A stretch of 64,000 nucleotides of DNA. Origin: Vitrella brassicaformis CCMP3155. Taxonomy: Eukaryota > Protista > Chromerida. The stretch covers positions 124,001 to 188,000 of the forward strand of contig CDMY01000954.1 in the NCBI GenBank assembly GCA_001179505.1, in the 5' to 3' direction. Of this stretch, positions 54,001 through 64,000 are shown piece by piece. The notes beneath the pieces were generated by a model. The model ran no database searches and had not been told where the DNA came from. It saw only the letters and a program-made list of their open reading frames with translations. The position numbers and the translations under genes are program-made. The first letter of the stretch is position 1; each line of letters begins with the position of its first letter.

Positions 54001-56107
54001 GGTCCGTTCCCGAGATCGATTTCGAGGACAAAGACGACCCCCCCGACTCACCCTCACAGGCCCCCACCAACGACCCCGCCCCACCGTCGCCCTCCACCAC
54101 GAGCCTCTTCCGCAAAGTGGGCATACGAAAGGCCGCATTCTCTGATTCCCCGGCGGCGGGCGATGGCTGGCAGTCGGCCACGCCAGTGAGGCGGAAACGG
54201 TCGCTTGTGAGGTCGCGCTCGCGTTGGTCTCGGTCTCGTAGTCGGCGTCATTTGGGGCCGACGTGGCAGGTGCCGACGATCAAGAAGGGCACTCAGGTCA
54301 TTGAGGTGACGGCGCAGGCCATGTCCGAGGCGGTGGAGCTGCTGGGGCTGACGCAAGTGCCGGCCGACTTCCTAGAATTCCTGTGGACGTCGGCATTTGT
54401 GGTGCATCAAACGCGGTTCAAGCGCAGGGGCGAGGAGCTGGTGGTGCTGCCCAAACCTGATGCTACCAGCAAAACGGTCGGTCGGTGGGCAGATAAACAC
54501 TCTGTCAGCCCGTGTGTGTGTGTGTGTGTGTGTGTGTATGCCCATGCATCACGTCTCTCCTTGGTGGTGTGTCGGTTTGGTTAGGGGCTGCATCGGATGA
54601 CGACAACGGACCTCAGCCATTCGTTCCGCAGCTTCCACCACGGAGGCTCCTTTATCCTTGACGACGGCGACGAGGACCAAAACACGGCTGCCGACGACGG
54701 CGATGATGACGATACTGATGCGGATGCCGATGGATGGGAGCCCATAGGCAGGCGGACAGAGAGGTCGGCCACCGGCGACCTGTCGCCTCGCGGGCTCTCA
54801 TCGGCTGCCACATGCGATGATGACGCATTCGACCTCCTTGAGGCGCCAGCTGCCGACAGGCTGAGCGCTTCAGGCGGACACGAAGGTCAGCCGATGTCGC
54901 ACGTCGCTTTCTCCGACTCGCCTAAACACGCCCGCCCGATGTGTGTGACTCAAACAGATGGCGCCGATACTTTCGGCCTCGCTAGTGAGCCCGAGGGGGG
55001 GAGGGAGAGGGATTCTCGGCGGCCGAGGAGGGTGGGCACGCGGCTGCCCTTTCAGTCAATCGCAAGCTTCGGGCGGCTCAGCACCAGCGAGAGGTCCGTA
55101 TATGTTGCTGCATTCCTCCGATTCAAGACACACGAGCCGACCCATGTCTGTCTGTGTGGATGTCTGTGTGGCTGAATCTGTGCAGCATGGTGTGGGATTC
55201 GTCATCAGGCCGGAGCCTGGCTCTGCCGGACTTCCAGGTGGGTGATACATGGCCTTCACACACGACTGACTGTCTCATCGGGGCTGACCTGAGTGCCCCC
55301 TTTGTCGCGTGTGTCCTGATGTCAGATGAACCTGAGCTACGTGATTGACGCGCTCGTGACTCGGGAGCACCAGCACCAGGACCGGCTGGCGGCAGGCGGC
55401 AGTGGCGGTAGTGACGGCAAGGGAGACAAGGCGGGTCACACGGGCGGCTGGAGAGACATGTACGAGTCCTTCCGCAGAGCAAAGCGAAGCCTTATCGAGG
55501 CCGACACCGCACCGGTGAGGACGGAGAAACTCGCGCAGACAGCAGAACACATCACATCACATCAATCGTGTGTGTCTCTGTCGGTTCCATGTATGTTATG
55601 TGTGTGCAGGAGAATGTTCCCTTGGCTCTCGTGAGCTGGGCCTCTTCGGTCGAGTCGACAGCCGGGGACTCGGCCAAACTTCACCCGACGGCCACCAGTG
55701 CCAATGCTGACGTCGATGCCGGCCACGAGTCGTGCACCGTCAGCCGCAAGACCTCCGAGGACAGCTCTCGGCCAGCAGACGTGCCGGCAGAGTACGCCGA
55801 CGCACAGCAGAGGCAGCTGATGGTCAGGTCTTGGTCGATGCCCTGCCCATCAACGTCCATGCGGGCTCACGACGATGGGGAGAGGCGTCTGGAGAGGTCT
55901 ATTGCGGAGCCGCCGGTGGATGGCCGGCCGCCTCCTTTGGTGCCTGAGGCGGCTTATGCCGAGGAGGAAGAGAGGCTGTTCCGGTTTATAGATGACTTTT
56001 ACGATAGCATTCCTGCCTTCGTGAGCACCCCTGCCTTCGTGAGCAGCTGTGGTGATGTTCGGACGCATGTGCGTGCAATGCCGCTGCCACCGGGTGACCT
56101 GTCATGA
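48056..56107 (+). CDS. Large receptor-like protein: signal peptide, LRRNT cap, about 20 plant-type LRRs, Cys-rich (GCC2/GCC3/TNFR-like) repeats, multi-pass TM domain and long cytoplasmic tail
   Basis: MEGHLLLLLTILGIAPALHA. DAPALLRF...NVCEAPFVIC cap. LRRs such as LTQLQVLNLAKNRLTGPLP and CTSLRTLTLHRNRFEGPLPESF. CGLCPAMTFSN...CTRCPDG...CHCRLGY...CVPCTSGYF. CREGHEGFACGICKAGY. TM motifs LIHPTVTRNMLVLLRC, RYGFLYNGY...YWD and QPFDYRYLNVLNRME. Introns are canonical. Confidence 0.87.
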
Positions 56108-58100
56108 CTGACGTCTGTCTGTTGTAGTGTGCGGACGTCACTGTCTTCCTGTCTATGAGTCGTTGTGCCGTGGCGCGTTGCTCGGTTGGCGCGTCGTGGT
56201 GTGTTCGATGGGCGCATCGCAAGGAGATTGTGATGGTCGCGTGAGGCGTGCGGGTCTTGTTGGTGTGGTGTGGGAGAGGTGGGGCGGGGGCAGCTGTTCG
56301 TTAGTAAGGGGGGCTTGGCCGGGCCGTAGTGTGTGCTGTGCGATGCGCTGCTGGTTTTTTTGGCGCCAGGCACGTCTTATGGATGTACTCGTCTGTCTGT
56401 CTGTGTGTCTATGTGATCTCTGTTGTGTTCGCTCATCGGCAATGGTCGATGAAGTTACTGTCTGCCTTCCTGCCTGCCTTGTTTGACTGTCTGTCTGTCT
56501 GTCTGTTGTTCATCTGTTTGTCTGCCTGTGTGAGTCCATTGCTTGCTGTGGTTCCGTGTGGTGGTGTGCAGCTGTCTGGCTGTGTGTTGCTGGGCAGCCT
56601 CACTGATTGCGGGCAATGACGACTGCGTCTTTGTGTTTTGGGATGATCAGATGTCTGCGGAGCGTACCTGTCTGCCTGCCTGCCTGCCTGGATGGCCATG
56701 GCTGTCTGTATGGATTCCGTACGTACCGACGTTAGAAAGACAATGCCTGCATACACACGTACATACATACAGGTACGTTAGGTACACACATTACCTTACC
56801 GTGTGCAGGTAAGGTTTTTTTTGTTTTTTTCGCTCCGATCGCTGCCTCCCTCCCTGTCCGCCTGCATGCTTCCCTGCCTGTCCGCCTGCATGCCTTGTCA
56901 CAGGTACCTACCTGCCTGCATGTACATGTATCGCACTGAGGTCTTGGCTCCCCTGCCTCATTTCTTGCCTGACTGCCTGCTTGTCTGTGGACCCACACAC
57001 AAGCGGGCTTCTTTTTTACCCCTCTGTATGCTGTCTGTCCGTGTGTTTACTTGTGCAGTGAGTGAGTGCCCTGGCTGTCTTTCCGGGTGGCTGGCGACAG
57101 AAAATGCAATGCTTCACATTGATCGCACCGGTTTTCGTCCCACTCGCTATCGTCGCTGTTATCGCTCCTTGGTTATCGCACTCTCCTGGTGCGCTCCTGC
57201 ATCCTTTGCATGTCCCACCCACCTACCTGGCTTTTTCGGCATTCATCCACTCACTCATGATGATCACGCTGGCTGATCTTTTCTGTGGCTGTGGGTGCGT
57301 GCAAGTGTGTGTGTGTTTAGTGCTCTTTTTGCCTGATGATCCATCCATGCATGCAGTCAGTGTGACATTATTATCTCATGCTCCCGCCTGCAGTCCAGCC
57401 AGTCAGCCACAGACCAGCAATGCTCCACATATCCCTTCTCTCATCCAGCCAGCCAGCCAGCCAGCCATCCATGAGTGCCGCGTTTTGTGTCAATTTGGTC
57501 GGTCGCCATTTTGGTTGGGCTCTTTTATTTATCTGACAATGAAGGCTTCAAACTGGCAAGGCTTTTTGCCCCATCCCTCTCGGTGTTTGTGTATGCGTGC
57601 ATGTGCGGGAGGGTGGATGCGTGGCTGGGGGTGTGGGTCATCCATCTGGTGTATTTTATGACCTCAGCTCATACCCGTCCGTCTGTCTGTCTGTCTGTCC
57701 GTCTGTCTGTTTTCGTGTTGTTGTATCTATCTGGCGGCCGCAGGCAGGGCGAGCCCATCATGTAAGCCAGTCAGTCAGCCAAGTCAGGTCACCAACCACA
57801 TACATCCACCCACACACACACGCACACATGCACCCATCCATACATGTGTGGATGGGGGAGGGAGAGGGCAGGCAGGCCACGGCTAGTGAGTCGAGTGGTT
57901 CGGTTCGTTCCCCTTCCTCTCTCTCTCTCTCTCTCCTCTTGTGGATTGAGGTGGGACGCCTGCAAATATACACTAGCCATCACATAAACGATAGCCGCCG
58001 GGATTATTATTTTTCTGCCTTCCAGAATTTTTGCTGCTGCATCCTAAGCGTACCGCTCTCTCGCTCACTACACTACCCCTCCGTCTCGCTCTATTTCTCT
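56108..58100. repeat. Microsatellite-rich non-coding stretch ((CTGT)n, (GCCT)n, (CCAG)n, short tandem duplications)
   Basis: Direct reading; ORFs here are low-complexity (CLSV/CLPA). Confidence 0.6.
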
Positions 58101-58600
58101 GTCTGTGTCCTTCTCTGACCGATCATATCCGACTTCCTCACTCATATATCAATCACATCTCGCCAAGTCTCGCGTTCTTCCTCTCTGCCCCGCTCGCTTG
58201 TCATGTCTTTTTGGATCGTCGCTCATTCACTGACTTATTCATAGATCTACAGAGACATAAGTCAGTGAGCTGACCAGTGAGTGGGTGAGAGAGAGTTGGT
58301 TCTGTTCAGTCCATTCCATTCCATTCCTGCAATGCACAGGACGTTGGTTGGTTGGTTGGTCGGTTGTCATGGGATGGATGACGTGACGGAGCGGGACAAT
58401 TGAGCAACACTACGCTACACTATATACCTTCATGTACTCCACTCGATCCACTCGACTCGATGCACTGCACTGCACTCCATCCATCGACCAGTGTGTGTAT
58501 GCTGGAACGAACATGCAAACCATGCAGTCAATTCAGATTATTGAATACAACGACATTCACTCAGGGATGTGTCCAACAAACTTGCAAAAGGTGCTGACGA

Positions 58601-59083
58601 TTAAGGGGCTAGGTAGCTAGATGACTGTCCAGCCGCGAATGACTGCAGCTGTGCGCATGGGCGTGCCCGCCTGGACGCTTTGGTCTGCAGTCGGTCTCCC
58701 TTTCTTCCATCTTTCCTCAGCCATCGACCACTCCTGCAGTACATATGTAAGTGGAGAGCCAGCAATGTCAATATGTACTCCCTGAGATCGTATATATTTT
58801 CGCCCATTTCCGTGACCGCTGCGTCTCTATCGGTGTCTTTCGCATTGTGGTTCCTTGCAGTGAATACCGGTTTCCGAAGTTGTCTGCACACTCGGGGGAA
58901 TCTCTTTCTCAGCCATCGGCAGGGCATCAAGGAGGCCAGCGGTGTTGTGGAAGTGGATGAGATGGATCGGTCGGGTAGAGTGGTGAGCGACACCTCATCC
59001 TTCGAGGGCCTGTAGGGAGGAAACAGTGCAAGACGGTGAGGCTCTTGTCTCAAATGGTCCTTCCAGTCTTACTTGAGCCACAT
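58601..59083 (-). CDS. Hypothetical two-exon basic protein of about 141 aa (MWLK|PSKDEVSL...)
   Basis: ATG TGG CTC AA, then a GTAAGA...CTACAG intron (59010-59072) in phase 2 with a long open frame. Internal repeat RWLRK twice. No domain recognised. Confidence 0.4.
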
Positions 59084-59264
59084 GGCAAACAGAATCTGCG
59101 AGAGAGGGAATTCAAAGATCATTTTCACGCACCCTTGCGCCGTCTAAGCTCGCGCGGCGGCCGGCGATCGCAACTCCCCCTATCTCTCTCAACTCACTGG
59201 CCATGGATGTACGCATCCTTCCCGCTTCATCGGCTGCCAGGCAACCTGAGCGGAGGAGTCAAGG

Positions 59265-59757
59265 ATGAGAATTCTGTCAAGGGAGCGTGTTCTGGGGTGC
59301 GTGATCCTGTTGAGCCTCATGAGGAGGGCCGTCGTTGTCAGCGCCGGTGGATCGGCGCCGCCCGCGGCCACCGCAGCGACAGATGACGACGCGCCAAACA
59401 GACGGGTCAGTCAGCACAAACACGGGAATATGGAAAGCCACGCACGGCCTCATTGTCTGTCTGTCGTGCTTGTCTGTGTGCGTCTGTTGGTAACAGATCC
59501 GCGGCCAGTTGAGGTCTGCTGCGGGTGCGGACGACCCCTCCGACTCATCGGGCAGGAAGCGAGACTTGTTCACAGACGACTATGGGTTTGATGATGACGA
59601 GTTTGATGATGATGATGATGACGATGATGATGACGAATACACGGACGACCGCGGAACACGGCGGGAGGGAATCGGCGGGGGGCGTGACAGGCGGCTGTCG
59701 CCATTCGGGGGCGACGACACTTTCGACAGAGCCGAGTACGCCCGACGGCCCGTTTGA
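59265..59757 (+). CDS. Small secreted acidic (poly-Asp) protein of 133 aa, two exons
   Basis: Signal-like MRILSRERVLGCVILLSLMRRAVVVSA. Phase-0 GTCAGT...AACAG intron (59406-59496). RKR followed by DLFTDDYGFDDDEFDDDDDDDDDDEYTDD. Confidence 0.75.
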
Positions 59758-60731
59758 TGATGGCAGACCGCGTCGCCGTCGCAATGAGCCCTACAGGGCC
59801 GTGACAGCGACGGCGACGGCAGTGCAGGTGTTGGTCGAGTTTCGTTTCTTGTGTTCGTACTCTCGAGACTCGGGCGGGTGTGTGTGTTGTTTGCCCGACG
59901 ATGCACTTTTTATTGCATGCCATTGATGCACTCTCTCGCTCACTCACTCACGTGTTCATCGACTGACTCATCCTTTCAATTGCTCGTCTCTCCGCCTGTG
60001 TATTTTTCCGCCTGTTCATACGCGTGTCGCGGCCGGGTCAGTCTCTCTCTCTCTCTCCCCCTCTCTGTGTATGTCCATCTCTATCTCTGTGTATCTCTGT
60101 CTGTGTGTCTCCCTCTTTTCCCTCTTTCTGGTTTCTGACTGACTCTGCGGATGCAGCTGTGTTGTGCAGGCCTGTCTTGCCTCCTTCCTTCCGTGAGTGT
60201 GGGAGTTGATTGATTCGACCTGTCCGTATCGTGGTGCGGTGCGGTGCGCTATCTCGCTGGGTACATGTACATAAGATACACACATATACAGCCGGGGTAG
60301 GTGAGAGCTGCAGTCATGGGTGGGTGGGCTGGTGTGTAGTGGTCGCTACGGCCTCGGTGGGTGGTTGGATGTGTGACTTCACAGGAGAGTTTGTTGTCTT
60401 GGTGACACTACGGCCCCTGTTTTGTCCTTTCACACTACTGCAGTCAGTAGTGTTGTCTGTCTTTCCGCCTTGCATGTGGTGGTGGACAAACCCACCACTG
60501 CTCGACGCCTCTCGCTCAGTGTGAGTCTGTGATGTGTGTAACTGTCATGTATCACGACCGTGATAGCATCAGCTTCACACCGACACTCAGACACTCCATT
60601 CAATCAATGCACCATGGTTCGTCCGTCCACACGTGTCTCCAAGCAGATACTGCAGCTGGCTCATATCTCATCCCTTCATCGCCCACACCACCCAGCCGCC
60701 GCCGCCGCTCGTCACCGGCTGATCATGGCAA

Positions 60732-61042
60732 TCACTCTTCGCCCTTGGAGAAGATCCAGGCCCACCTCGCCTGAACCACCGACCACACACACGCACAGAC
60801 GCACGATATCGATGCCTGCCTGACGCCTTCCTTGCTTGCTTCCGTGTTTCTCTCACCCGTTCGTCGATTCTGACTTTGCCCTCGTCCTGCAGGCTCTCCA
60901 GACACGCAAGGATCTCTCGGTCGCGCAGGTTGGTCGCCTCACGCTTCCTGTTGACCAGATACCTCACGTCAACGAGCTTGAGAGGCACACCACGGGCAAC
61001 ATCCCGCATGGTCTCTGCGATTCTCTCACGGCGCGCTTCCAT
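60732..61042 (-). CDS. Stand-alone 74-aa winged-helix protein resembling the MCM3 C-terminal WH domain
   Basis: MEARRERIAETMRDVARGVPLKLVDVRYLVNRKREATNLRDREILACLESLQDEGKVRIDER|ARWAWIFSKGEE*; canonical phase-0 intron at 60771-60856. Confidence 0.65.
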
Positions 61043-61223
61043 GGTGCTTGCTGACGGTGGACAAGCCAAGCAGCTTGGTTGGCCAGAGAGAGCGGTCCCA
61101 CCTTGAGAGCTTCTATGGCGAGCTTGAAGCCGATCCCCGTGAACCCTAACCCTACAGAACTGCCAGCGAACTTGAAGGCCTGACTTGAACTTTGTTGAAA
61201 CAATTCGGGCTGCACCAGCAACA

Positions 61224-62987
61224 ATGCCCGGAGGGGACGAGATGAACGGTAGGAGGCGCCATCCACCATGGGCCTGCCATGCCATGCAAGCACACGTGTC
61301 CTGTACTGCTGCGCATCAGGCCACGGGTCAGGCCACACAGTCAACATCGAGCTGGGCGAAACATCCGTCGACGAGAAGTCACCGAACGATGACGGCATCC
61401 ACCCGTCCGTGTTCGGCAAATCGACGCTGTCAGTGCCAACGACCAAGGAGCCGGGCGACAGTGAGGGGGATCTGCAGTCCGAGTTCTCGACTATATCGCT
61501 CAACTCGGGCATCCCGCAGGGCGCCGAGGGGGATTATGACCTGCCGATGAGCGATGAGGAGCACAAGAAGATCGAGCTGGCGAGATGGGTCTCGTATGTG
61601 TCCATCTTCCTCTCGCTCCTGCTGGGGTCGCTGGCCATCGGATACGGGAGCAAGTGAGCGAACAGGACCACGAGCATGAATGGGTGGCGGATATTGGATT
61701 GTTGATGTGTGGGTGGGTGGGTGGGTGNNNNNNNNNNNNNNNNNNNNNNNNNNNNNNNNNNNNNNNNNNNNNNNNNNNNNNNNNNNNNNNNNNNNNNNNN
61801 NNNNNNNNNNNNNNNNNNNNNNNNNNNNNNNNNNNNNNNNNNNNNNNNNNNNNNNNNNNNNNNNNNNNNNNNNNNNNNNNNNNNNNNNNNNNNNNNNNNN
61901 NNNNNNNNNNNNNNNNNNNNNNNNNNNNNNNNNNNNNNNNNNNNNNNNNNNNNNNNNNNNNNNNNNNNNNNNNNNNNNNNNNNNNNNNNNNNNNNNNNNN
62001 NNNNNNNNNNNNNNNNNNNNNNNNNNNTCAGGTACGGCGGGCTGAGCATCGTTGCGCTTGGCTTGGAATTTTACATTGACTTGGTGTCGTCGGTGCTGGT
62101 ACTCTGGCGTTTTAAAACGCCGAAACACAGGCACTTCCAGGACAGAGGTAGGTGACCATGCGAGCCGACGCCAGCAAGCAAGACACATGCCGCCTGCCTC
62201 CATTTGTGTGTATGCAGGCCAGGCTCTCGCGAAGAAGATGCAACGTGACGCCATCCGAGAGCGCAGCAGCTCATTCTGTAAGCACGCACTCTACTCACAA
62301 ACACAGGAGCACTCGTGAATCCGTCCTCTGCGGCTGGGCCGGCAGGGATTGGTGTGCTTTTTCTGCTGCTGGGTCTGTGGGTGGTGATTGAGGCGATCGT
62401 CAAGCTTCACGAGAACCTGAGTTGGAAGAAGCGGCAATTGATGGCCGAAGCGGCCGCTGGGGTGGCGTGGCCGAGTGCGGTGCTCTTCAGCGCCCTCGTC
62501 TGGTGGAAATTCAGACTCGCGGCAGCGCTGCACTCGCAAGTCATTCGGTGAGGGGGCAGAGTGCCGCGTGTGTTAGGTGTGATGAGTGGTGGATGGATGG
62601 GTCTCTCGGTCTGCCTGCCTGCCTGGGTGCCTGGGTGCAGGAAGGATGCCGTCTGTTCTCTCTTTGGCGTTGTCCTGTCACTTGTGGTCGGCATCGCTGC
62701 CCTGGTCGACATATATGGCTCACGACAGGTGGGTGCACACACACAGAGTACATCCACACGCCACTGAGCTCACCGACAGATATACCACGCCCAATGGCCC
62801 CTTTCTTTCTTTGTGTGTGACGTTTCAGCACAAGGGCAGCCATGGCGACATGGGGGGCGATGGGATCGCTGCCATTCTGCTGGCATTGTTCATTCTGGGG
62901 GAGGGCGGGCTCACTGTGTACAGGAACACATGCGGCTGGTGGGAGAGCAAGGAAGAGGGCGCCTTCTCACACCAGCAAATGGCGTGA
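61224..62987 (+). CDS. TMEM163: TMEM163-like (CDF/SLC30-related) cation transporter, probably Zn
   Basis: ARWVSYVSIFLSLLLG, LGLEFYIDLVSSVLVLWRF, RE...IGVLFLLLG...EAIVKL, KFRLAAALHSQVIRKDAVCSLFG and DGIAAILLALFI align by eye with the TMEM163 pattern (DVLSSAIVLWRY; KFMLGKVLTSRALITDG; DGSIG). One intron contains a gap. Confidence 0.85.
61728..62027. other. Assembly gap (300 N) after a (GGGT)n run inside an intron
   Basis: Run of N. Confidence 0.99.
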
Positions 62988-63706
62988 GCGGAGCGGAGGG
63001 GATGGGAGGGGGAGGTAATGGTGTCGTGTGAATGAATGGAAGGGCATATCCGGACAAACCGAGTGAGTTGGTGTGCATCGACTTTTTAGTCGACATGTCG
63101 TGTTATTGTTGCTATCGATTTTGCGCTTTTGATTGAGCGGTTCAAAAGGTACATGTACAGTGATCCACTTATCTGACTGACTGACAGGTGTGCATGGCTG
63201 ATGTGATGTGTATCTCTCGGCTATCGTTGCTAATTAGTGGTCAGTTGCTCTCACGGCTCATTTGTCGACGGTGTGCGAAATCGCGGCTCAACATTTCTCT
63301 CGGCGGGAATTAATCATCACGTTGCTGTGTGCCGGTGGGGTGAGTTGGTCAGTCTAACTTACCCAGACGGTGCTTGAGTTAATTACACATTGTCCCTCAA
63401 CCATTGTGTCTCTCACACGCACCGCAGTCAGTCACCCATTGCGCGTCATGTCTCTTCACGGACAGAACTGTCTGACTGCGTCACTGTCACTTGCCCATGA
63501 GCGCACTGAGGAGGAAGTTGCCCATCGTGCCGCTGTGCTGTGCCGTCATGGTGCGGTTGATGGGGCCGTCGGGCAAATCGACAGAGGGAGGCCTCTTTGG
63601 CTGGCCCGCTGACACGGCGGGCGGCGCTTCTGATCAATGGATTACACAGACAGAGACGCCATGTGTTGAGGCATTGTGCATTCAATTTGTCGGATGGACT
63701 GTCTGG

Positions 63707-64000
63707 TCATCGACCTGTTTGTGCGGGTGTGGGTGTCGTCATTTGTGGAGCCAGTTGCCGCTCAGCAAGAACGCCCACCACCTCGTCCACGCACAAATAC
63801 TCAACTGATCAGCACACACACACATTGTGAAGGAAGGAGCGGTTTGCCGGCCGACCTTGGCAGGTCTCTGCGAAGGCCTTGCGCATGGCTGGCGTGTAAG
63901 TGGCGTTGCCCAGGTAGACGCTGCGCGCACACGGCCCCGTGTAGCTTTTCGGTGCATTACACACGCCTGTGTAGGTGCCAGAGTGCCGCTGCTCCGTCCA
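63707..64000 (-). CDS. 3' end of a CPW-WPC domain protein (5' part beyond the window)
   Basis: WTEQRHSGTYTGVCNAPKSYTGPCARSVYLGNATYTPAMRKAFAETCQ|VEYLC matches the CPW-WPC pattern W...CxAPxxYxGPC...KxxFxxxCxVxWPC. Phase-1 intron at 63805-63855. Confidence 0.78.

Noticed and set aside
61142-61154. Telomere-like AACCCTAACCCTA
   Set aside because: Only two units, so compatible with chance.

Overview
Gene-dense, GC-rich, intron-rich eukaryotic nuclear scaffold. It is not prokaryotic. Most six-frame ORFs are shadows of microsatellite-rich introns ((GT)n, (GTCT)n, (GGAT)n on the sense strand). The gene content (LHC with bipartite leader, DGDG synthase, 37-aa HPR proteins, CPW-WPC protein, divergent TLDc-family protein) points to a photosynthetic relative of apicomplexans, most likely Vitrella brassicaformis (inference). 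Hand-spliced genes, left to right: MCM2 (-), SH3-WW-WW-IQ protein (-), HPR protein (-), PDK/BCKDK kinase (-), tandem degenerate cNMP-binding protein (-), Mn-type SOD with signal peptide (-), second HPR protein (+), two hypothetical genes whose predicted ATGs overlap in one CCATGG, DNMT2 (-), TM/coiled-coil/TLDc protein (-), LHC (+), DGDG synthase with long extensions (-), non-LTR retrotransposon 3' ends amid gaps and duplicated sequence, a large LRR/Cys-repeat/multi-TM receptor-like gene (+), a small hypothetical (-), a secreted poly-Asp peptide precursor (+), a stand-alone MCM3-like winged helix (-), a TMEM163-like transporter (+), and the 3' end of a CPW-WPC gene (-). There are four fixed 300-N gaps. 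No rRNA, tRNA or CRISPR array was recognised. Exon boundaries and domain calls come from manual motif reading, not database searches or RNA data.
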